From Candidatus Nanopusillus sp. (GTDB lineage: Archaea; Nanobdellota; Nanobdellia; Nanobdellales; Nanobdellaceae), in contig JAPWTW010000006.1 of assembly GCA_028275885.1 (NCBI GenBank), positions 5,055-37,054 on the forward strand: a DNA stretch of 32,000 nucleotides. The letters run 5' to 3'. Of this stretch, positions 26,604-32,000 are shown piece after piece (positions within the stretch are counted from its first letter, which is position 1; the number at the start of each line of letters is the position of its first letter). A program made the translations under genes and the position numbers. Below the pieces are notes generated by a model. The model saw nothing but the letters and a program-made list of their open reading frames with translations, did no database searches and was not told where the DNA came from.

Positions 26604-26642
26604 ATGTAGGCTGAAAAATGATGTAGAACCCGGAAACTGATA
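26591..26642 (+). ncRNA. C/D box sRNA (2'-O-methylation guide)
   Basis: C box AUGAUGA at 26593-26599. An 11-nt guide follows. D' box CUGA at 26611-26614, then AAA. C' box AUGAUGU at 26618-26624. The 12-nt guide AGAACCCGGAAA follows. D box CUGA at 26637-26640. Total about 50 nt with canonical box order and spacing. Confidence 0.7.
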
Positions 26643-26644
26643 AA

Positions 26645-27394
26645 ATGAAAATAATATCTTGGAATGTTAATGGATTAAAATCTATAATTCAAAAAGGTTT
26701 AATTGACTTTATTAAAAAATATAATGCAGATTTCTATCTATTTCAAGAAATAAAAACAAAAGAAATACCATTAACTTTTCAATTACTTGGATATAATATA
26801 TATTCATTTCCTGCAAAGAAAAGTGGATATAGCGGTGTATTAACATTAGCAAAAATAAAACCAAATAATATAAAATATGGAATTGGAATTGAAAAATTTG
26901 ATATTGAAGGAAGAGTTATAACTATGGAATATGATAAATTTTATTTAATAAATGTATATTTTCCAAATGCTGGAGTTGGAACATTAAAAAGATTGGATTT
27001 TAAATTAGAATTTGATAAAGAATTTGAAAAATATGTACTATCTTTAAATAAACCATGCATAATTTGTGGAGATTTTAATGTAGCACATAAGGATATTGAT
27101 ATATATGATCCAATAAATTTGAAAGGTTATGCTGGATTTACAGATGAAGAAAGACAATGGTTCGATCATTTTTTATCTTTAGGATTTATTGATACATTTA
27201 GGTATATAAAAGGAAATATAAGAAAATATAGCTGGTTTTCATATTCAATTATTGCAAGAAAGAAAAATGAAGGATGGAGACTTGATTATTGTATAGTAAG
27301 TAAAGATTTAAAAGATAAAATAGTTAATGCAGATATATTGGATAATATTTTTGGATCTGATCATGTCCCAATATTATTAGAAATAAATATATAA
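26645..27394 (+). CDS. xth: exodeoxyribonuclease III / AP endonuclease (Xth/ExoA family)
   Basis: ISWNVNGL, FQEIK, GYSGV, NVYFPN, GDFNVAH, FTDEERQWF, WRLDY and SDHVPILLEI are all present. Confidence 0.9.
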   Translation: MKIISWNVNGLKSIIQKGLIDFIKKYNADFYLFQEIKTKEIPLTFQLLGYNIYSFPAKKSGYSGVLTLAKIKPNNIKYGIGIEKFDIEGRVITMEYDKFYLINVYFPNAGVGTLKRLDFKLEFDKEFEKYVLSLNKPCIICGDFNVAHKDIDIYDPINLKGYAGFTDEERQWFDHFLSLGFIDTFRYIKGNIRKYSWFSYSIIARKKNEGWRLDYCIVSKDLKDKIVNADILDNIFGSDHVPILLEINI

Positions 27395-27400
27395 AACATA

Positions 27401-27408
27401 TTTTTAAG
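27401..27408 (+). promoter_or_regulatory. TATA box (TTTTTAAG) 32 nt upstream of ATG 27433
   Basis: Sequence and spacing. Confidence 0.4.
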
Positions 27409-27432
27409 TACAATTTAGATAAATAATTTATA

Positions 27433-28527
27433 ATGAAAAAGATAGGTGATGTTGAATTAAGATTGGCAAAAGGACCTGTTCCACATTATAAAGAATTAAA
27501 AGAATTAGAAAGAAGTATAGTAAAAGTAATTATTGAAGAATTTGGAACAGAAGAATTAATAAAAAGATATTCGAATCCATTATGGTTCAATTCTTTAGCA
27601 TGCTTACTTGGATTTGAATGGAATTATTCTGGAATGACTACTGTAACACTAAAAGCATTGAAAGAAATATCTACAGAAGATAATTTACCAATAATTGTTT
27701 TAGGAGGAAAGGGAAAGGATTCTAAAATAACAGAAGAGATAGAAAAAATAGATATAAAGGATAAATTAAAGGATAAAATAAAAGATGTATCAATAACTTC
27801 CGCAAAAGTTGATAATTATTTAATTCAAGATGGGTATAATTTATATTTTCATTTTTTAATTTCTGACGAAAAAGGTAATATGACAATTATAAACCAAAAA
27901 ATGTCAATAAAAGAACAAAAGGTTAGGAGATTTCATTGGATAAATATAAATTATTTTGATGACTCACAAATTGGTTTTGGATCAAATACAAAAACATTAA
28001 ATTTATCATCAAAGGAATCTGAAGAATTAAGGAAAGATATTTTGGAAATAATTAATAATGAAAGGATAGAGAAAATAAAAGAATATATAATAAGATTAAA
28101 ATCTTATCAAAATAAAAATAACACTATATTAAAATATATTAATAAAGATGATGACAATAAATATATATTTTATCAAGAATTACCTTATTATTTGAAAATA
28201 CCTGATAAAATATATTGGAAAGCATTAGAAATTAATAGAACTGTAGAGAATTTCAAAGATCTATTATTTATAAAAGGTCTTGGACCTGGACTATTAAGAG
28301 CACTAGCATATACTGCAAAAATAATATATGGAAGTGAATTATCATGGAAAGATCCAATAATATATACATTTGCGCATGGAACAAAGGTTGGAAAACCATA
28401 TTATGTTAAAAAAGCATTAATGTTAGAAGAAGCAGAATTATTAAAAAATGCGATTGAAGAAGCAAAAGTTAATAATAATTTTAAGTTAAGATCTTTGAGA
28501 AAATTAAATGAATTAATAGATATATGA
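27433..28527 (+). CDS. DUF763-family protein with helix-hairpin-helix-like motif
   Basis: The N-terminal region (LAKGPVPHYKEL...LIKRYSNPLWFNSLACLLGFEWNYSGMTTVTLKALKE) matches the DUF763 pattern as I recall it. The C-terminal part contains IKGLGPGLLRALAYTA (a G-h-G HhH-like motif). Confidence 0.6.
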   Translation: MKKIGDVELRLAKGPVPHYKELKELERSIVKVIIEEFGTEELIKRYSNPLWFNSLACLLGFEWNYSGMTTVTLKALKEISTEDNLPIIVLGGKGKDSKITEEIEKIDIKDKLKDKIKDVSITSAKVDNYLIQDGYNLYFHFLISDEKGNMTIINQKMSIKEQKVRRFHWININYFDDSQIGFGSNTKTLNLSSKESEELRKDILEIINNERIEKIKEYIIRLKSYQNKNNTILKYINKDDDNKYIFYQELPYYLKIPDKIYWKALEINRTVENFKDLLFIKGLGPGLLRALAYTAKIIYGSELSWKDPIIYTFAHGTKVGKPYYVKKALMLEEAELLKNAIEEAKVNNNFKLRSLRKLNELIDI

Positions 28528-28531
28528 TAAA

Positions 28532-28539
28532 TTTATAAA
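28532..28539 (+). promoter_or_regulatory. TATA box (TTTATAAA) 31 nt upstream of ATG 28563
   Basis: Sequence and spacing. Confidence 0.5.
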
Positions 28540-28562
28540 ATAATGGTGTTATATATTACTAA

Positions 28563-29267
28563 ATGGCTGAAGAAATTTTAAGCGAAGAAGACAAAAAAAT
28601 ATTAAAAGAAATGTTTGATAAAAGTTTGAAAAATCCGGTAGAAATAGTTGTATACCTAGATGAAAAAAATAATAAAGAAACTAGTGATTTCGCAAGAAAA
28701 ATTGGAGAATTATTAATGCAAATAAATAGTAAAATAAAGTTCGAATTCCTAGATGCATATGATCCAAAAGTAGAAGAAGAAATGAAAAGTAAAAACTTAT
28801 TAATAGATAAATATGGAAATAGAAGAGGCCCAATATTTGTATTTAAGAAATATCCAGGGATTATATATTATGGATTACCATCTGGAGAAGAATTTCCAAT
28901 ATTCTTAGAAGATATAATACATGTATCAAATGATCATTTCGACATAGATGGAGCTACAGCAAAAAAATTAGCATCAATAAATGAACCCATAGATATTTAT
29001 GTATTTGTAACCCCAACATGTCCATATTGTCCATATATGACACACCATTCTCATCAATTTGCAATGGTAAAAAGTAATATTAGGGGAATAATGATTGAAT
29101 CTTATGAATTTCCGGAATTTGCCGAAAAATTTAAAGTATATGGCGTACCACATATTGCAATAATAAATAAAGATGGAAAAGTTTTAACGGAATGGGAAGG
29201 AGCTATTGTAGAAATGGAAATATTTGCTAACAAAATAAGAGAAAGTTTAGAAAAGGTCTCTAAATAG
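28563..29267 (+). CDS. protein disulfide oxidoreductase (PDO, two thioredoxin-fold units) with a single CPYC site
   Basis: The C-terminal unit has FVTPTCPYCPYM, VYGVPHI and a glutaredoxin-like fold pattern. The N-terminal unit aligns by position but has no CXXC. TTTATAAA lies 31 nt upstream of the ATG. Confidence 0.8.
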   Translation: MAEEILSEEDKKILKEMFDKSLKNPVEIVVYLDEKNNKETSDFARKIGELLMQINSKIKFEFLDAYDPKVEEEMKSKNLLIDKYGNRRGPIFVFKKYPGIIYYGLPSGEEFPIFLEDIIHVSNDHFDIDGATAKKLASINEPIDIYVFVTPTCPYCPYMTHHSHQFAMVKSNIRGIMIESYEFPEFAEKFKVYGVPHIAIINKDGKVLTEWEGAIVEMEIFANKIRESLEKVSK

Positions 29268-29357
29268 GTATATTTTTAGTAAATATAGAACAATTGATAT
29301 AAAAACAAACCCATAACAATAATAAGTACGGGTTAATATATAGGGCTTTATATTTGA

Positions 29358-29642
29358 ATATCAAAACCCAAAAATCCAATCAATGTAATTGCAACCATAA
29401 TTATACCAGAATATCATTATGAAAAAATTACAGAAGATTTAGCAAAATATAATAAGGAATTATCTAATCCATATAGATCTAAATTAGATGGAATTATTAT
29501 TAAAATATTTTATAGAGGATCTCAACAAAGTCAATTAGAAAAGAGTATGAATAGAAAACCAGTAGAAATATCACCAGATCAAATAAATTATAGAGGACCT
29601 ATAGGAATAATAATCAAAGTACCTATTTCCCAAAATTATTAA
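29358..29642 (+). pseudogene. 94-codon open frame without ATG/GTG/TTG start (gene remnant or unconventional gene)
   Basis: The frame is open from just after TGA 29355-29357 to TAA 29640-29642. The only in-frame start codon is ATG 29547, which would give 31 aa. This lies in the largest non-coding gap of the window. Confidence 0.3.
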
Positions 29643-29650
29643 AGTTTCCA

Positions 29651-29658
29651 TTTATAAA
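29651..29658 (+). promoter_or_regulatory. TATA box (TTTATAAA) 30 nt upstream of ATG 29681
   Basis: Sequence and spacing. Confidence 0.5.
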
Positions 29659-29680
29659 TCTTTTTAAACATATTTTTTCT

Positions 29681-30652
29681 ATGCCGATAAATTTATCAGT
29701 GAGTAATATATTTACTACAGAAAATTTAGATAAAGAATGGGATGTTATTATAGTAGGAGGGGGTCCTGCTGGTTATACTGCTGCATTATATTGTGGAAGA
29801 TATAGATTAAAAACATTAGTAATAACAAAAGATATTGGAGGAACATTGAATGATGCAAATATTATTGACGATTATCCAGGATTGGAAAATATCAAAGGAT
29901 CTGAAATGGGAAAATTATTTAAAAAACATGCAGAAAAATATGGAGCTAAAACACTATTAGAAAACGTCGTTAGAATTGAAAAATTGCCTGATGAAAGATT
30001 TAAAGTTCTTACAAATTTAGGCAAAGAATTCATTGCAAAAGTTGTTATAATTGCAACTGGTTCTCAAAGAAAAAGATTAAATGTCCCAGGAGAAAATTTA
30101 AAAGGTGTATCATATTGCGCAGAATGTGATGCTCCACTTTTTAAAGATAAAATTGTTGGGGTAATTGGTGGAGGAAATAGTGCCTTTCACGATGCACAAG
30201 TACTTGCACAACATGCAAAAGAGGTATATATAATTCATAGAAGAGATGAATTTAGAGCAGATCCTATAGAAGTTGAAGAAGCAAAAAAGAATCCAAAAAT
30301 TAAATTCTTATTAAATAAAGTTGTAAAAGAAATAAAAGGAACAGAAAAAGTTGAAGAAGTAATTTTGCAAGATACAAAAACAGGAGAAATTAGTTCAATA
30401 AAATTAGATGGATTATTCATAGCAATAGGATTAGCGCCATTATCAGAGATTGCTAAAGGTTTAAATGTAAATATTGATGAAAGTGGACATATAGTTGTAG
30501 ATCAATGTGGAAAAACAAATATAACAGGATTACTTGCTGCAGGGGATGTAACAACACAAATATGTAATTTAAGACAAGTTGTTACTGCAGCAGCACAAGG
30601 TGCTGTAGCTGCATATAGTGCTTTCATGTATATTAAAACAAAGAAGTGGTAA
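29681..30652 (+). CDS. trxB: thioredoxin reductase
   Basis: FAD motif VIIVGGGPAGYTAA, redox CAECD (CxxC), second dinucleotide motif VIGGGNSA with HRRDEFRA, and C-terminal GLLAAGDV. TTTATAAA lies exactly 30 nt upstream of the ATG. Confidence 0.9.
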   Translation: MPINLSVSNIFTTENLDKEWDVIIVGGGPAGYTAALYCGRYRLKTLVITKDIGGTLNDANIIDDYPGLENIKGSEMGKLFKKHAEKYGAKTLLENVVRIEKLPDERFKVLTNLGKEFIAKVVIIATGSQRKRLNVPGENLKGVSYCAECDAPLFKDKIVGVIGGGNSAFHDAQVLAQHAKEVYIIHRRDEFRADPIEVEEAKKNPKIKFLLNKVVKEIKGTEKVEEVILQDTKTGEISSIKLDGLFIAIGLAPLSEIAKGLNVNIDESGHIVVDQCGKTNITGLLAAGDVTTQICNLRQVVTAAAQGAVAAYSAFMYIKTKKW

Positions 30653-30942
30653 AGATTGAAGATATATTAAATAAATTAAGAGAGGTGGTAGATCCAGAAC
30701 TTGGATATGATATAGTATCTTTAGGAGAAATAGAAGAAATTAGAGAAGAAAATGGAATATATATTATAAAATTTTTGCCTACCTCACCTCTTTGTCCATT
30801 TATATCAGCAATTTTAGAACAAATAGATGAGAAATTAAAAGAATTAAATATATATGAAAATTCGAAAATAGAAATAGATTTTGAAAATAGGTGGAGTTTA
30901 GATAGAATAAGCCCAGAAGTAAGAAAAGAATTGGGAATATGA
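30646..30942 (+). CDS. DUF59/MIP18-family Fe-S cluster assembly protein (SufT-like)
   Basis: L..VVDPELGYDIVSLGEI and the conserved TSPLCP cysteine. The GTG start overlaps the trxB stop (GTGGTAA). Confidence 0.8.
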   Translation: MVKIEDILNKLREVVDPELGYDIVSLGEIEEIREENGIYIIKFLPTSPLCPFISAILEQIDEKLKELNIYENSKIEIDFENRWSLDRISPEVRKELGI

Positions 30943-31310
30943 TGGAAAATAAAATCAAAAAAGAATTTGAAATTTTCTGTAAAATAAGTGGGGGGCAATA
31001 TAGAGAAGGAACGTATATAGAATGCGTAAGAGATAAATATTATATTAGACTATCTCAAGAGAATGGATTAACGTTTATAGCAGGTTCAAATATGACTTCT
31101 GATTTTGAAATATTAAATATAAAAAATTGTAAAATAATTGATTGCGAAAGACTAACAAAAAGTAATGAAATGAATGAACTAGAATATTACGTATTTAATA
31201 TTTACTTAGATAAAGGTTTATTATCAATAAGAAGAAAAATAAAAGAGGATAAAATTATTGTATATTTAAAGACCCCAGAAATTGAATATGAATCTTCAAT
31301 AGTATTTTAA
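30939..31310 (+). CDS. hypothetical protein
   Basis: A 123-aa ORF whose start overlaps the previous stop (ATGA). Coding-like composition. No family recognised. Confidence 0.5.
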   Translation: MMENKIKKEFEIFCKISGGQYREGTYIECVRDKYYIRLSQENGLTFIAGSNMTSDFEILNIKNCKIIDCERLTKSNEMNELEYYVFNIYLDKGLLSIRRKIKEDKIIVYLKTPEIEYESSIVF

Positions 31311-31337
31311 AATTTTTACCAAAAAATATTAAATGAG

Positions 31338-31410
31338 GGGACCGTGGTCTAGTGGCTATGACGCCACCCTTACAAGGTGGAGGTCCGGGGTTCAAATCCC
31401 CGCGGTCCCA
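31338..31410 (+). tRNA. tRNA-Val (anticodon UAC), no encoded CCA
   Basis: Folded by hand. Acceptor GGGACCG/CGGTCCC. Anticodon stem CCACC/GGTGG with loop CUUACAA. T arm CGGGG-UUCAAAU-CCCCG. Discriminator A. 73 nt. Confidence 0.95.
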
Positions 31411-31480
31411 TTCAAGATTTTTTATACATTTTATAGATCATAATTTTATCTAAAATACCATTTATTGTAAACACAAAACC

Positions 31481-31488
31481 TTTATAAA
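31481..31488 (+). promoter_or_regulatory. TATA box (TTTATAAA) 27 nt upstream of ATG 31508
   Basis: Sequence and spacing, preceded by an A-rich BRE-like AAAACC. Confidence 0.5.
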
Positions 31489-31507
31489 CTAAAAAAAAAG
31501 ATATTAT

Positions 31508-32000
31508 ATGTATATTAGATCCATTTCTCCAATAATAGCATCTATATTAATAATTGTTATTACTGTTGCAATTGCTGGAATATTTTATGCATTTACTTCA
31601 GGTATGTTTTCTTCATTAACATCTTCATCAAATAATTTAGTTAATCAACAATCTCAAATAATATCTTTTACAATAAGTAATGTATATTGTTCAAATAATA
31701 TATTATATTTTAATATCTATAATAGTGGAAATGTTCCAATAAATATAAATAATTCTGTAATAACATTCACAGATAATAATGGAAATACTATATCCATAAA
31801 TGGAAGTAATATTATATGTAATAATGGAAATATAATACCTTCAAGAAGTAGTGGTTTATGTAGGATAATAAACAGTCTTTGCTATTATAATTACATAGAT
31901 TATATTAAAAATGTAAATTTTATATATAGTGGAGTTAGCCATAATTATGATATACCAAATAGTAACAGATTTAATATAATATATGAACCAAATTCTAGCA
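31508..32000 (+). CDS. archaeal type IV pilin-like protein (class III signal peptide; 3' end outside the window)
   Basis: It is absent from the ORF track because it runs off the edge. I translated it by hand with no stop through 31999. The N-terminus MYIRSISPIIASILIIVITVAIAGIFYAF matches the archaeal pilin N-terminal pattern (basic residue, small residue, ISP, hydrophobic helix). An N/S/C-rich beta-type domain follows. Confidence 0.75.
   Translation, partial: MYIRSISPIIASILIIVITVAIAGIFYAFTSGMFSSLTSSSNNLVNQQSQIISFTISNVYCSNNILYFNIYNSGNVPININNSVITFTDNNGNTISINGSNIICNNGNIIPSRSSGLCRIINSLCYYNYIDYIKNVNFIYSGVSHNYDIPNSNRFNIIYEPNSS

Noticed and set aside
29300-29340. A split tRNA half or other structured RNA at the AACCC-n17-GGGTT hairpin after the PDO gene.
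   Set aside because: It has only a 5-bp stem, no T-arm or acceptor-like GC-rich segments, and no bulge-helix-bulge-like motif. That is too weak to call an RNA gene.
5859-30420. Ten antisense ORFs of 60-91 aa in the ORF track. They are 5859-6050, 10288-10512, 11745-11957, 14547-14768 and 16008-16196. The others are 17675-17857, 19090-19365, 20299-20481, 26155-26409 and 30235-30420.
   Set aside because: Each lies wholly inside, and antisense to, a gene with clear family motifs. Their translations are low-complexity L/I/F/S/H strings typical of shadow frames in AT-rich coding DNA.
30633-30998. A 121-aa minus-strand ORF spanning the trxB end, the DUF59 gene and the next ORF.
   Set aside because: It is antisense to a well-supported DUF59/SufT-like gene (VVDPELGYDIVSLG, TSPLCP) and has a low-complexity S/F/I-rich translation, so it is a shadow ORF.
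1-32000. CRISPR arrays, transposases/IS elements, integrases, toxin-antitoxin pairs or other defence or mobile modules.
   Set aside because: No spaced direct-repeat array, no terminal inverted repeats and no ORF with recognisable transposase, integrase, Cas or defence motifs. Gene content is core housekeeping. The partial PIN protein at the left edge looks like the Fcf1 ribosome-biogenesis type rather than VapC.
1-32000. Stop-codon reassignment, prompted by the NIKD variant in aRF1.
   Set aside because: TAA (e.g. 1033-1035), TAG (12389-12391, 29265-29267) and TGA (28525-28527, 30940-30942) each terminate ORFs at lengths consistent with their families. I noticed no in-frame stops inside conserved genes.

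Overview
This is an extremely A+T-rich archaeal chromosome segment (by eye about 20-25% G+C, not computed) with almost no non-coding space. It holds about 40 genes, many of them overlapping by 1-49 nt. Most are core information-processing genes: uL4-uL23-uL2-uS2, aRF1, RFC large and small subunits, TFE, RadB, the class I CCA-adding enzyme, a RIO kinase, Dph2, a GatE fragment, NreA, a DRG-like GTPase and two TatD paralogs. There is also a repair/redox run (Xth, DUF763, PDO, TrxR, DUF59) and one tRNA-Val. Many proteins are shorter than usual for their families, gatE lacks its N-terminal part, the ribosomal operon is fragmented, and the tRNA is GC-rich against an AT-rich background. Together these suggest a reduced-genome, probably thermophilic, DPANN/Nanoarchaeota-like symbiont (inference only). 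I found no CRISPR array, transposase, integrase or recognisable defence genes, so this is not a classical accessory island. Six things stand out. (1) A textbook C/D box sRNA fills the 41-nt TatD/xth spacer and uses the last TatD codons as its C box. (2) A type IV pilus-like ATPase/platform pair sits back to back with a small operon of coiled-coil, P/Q/N-rich and Cys-rich surface proteins; the window also holds an orphan second platform gene and a pilin gene at its right edge. (3) Two proteins of similar architecture have P/Q/N-rich low-complexity cores that run against the genome's AT bias. (4) A dense TTAACA/TGTTAA palindrome array lies upstream of tfe. (5) A 94-codon open frame with no start codon lies in the largest gap. 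(6) TATA boxes about 30 nt upstream of start codons recur across the window, implying leaderless mRNAs.
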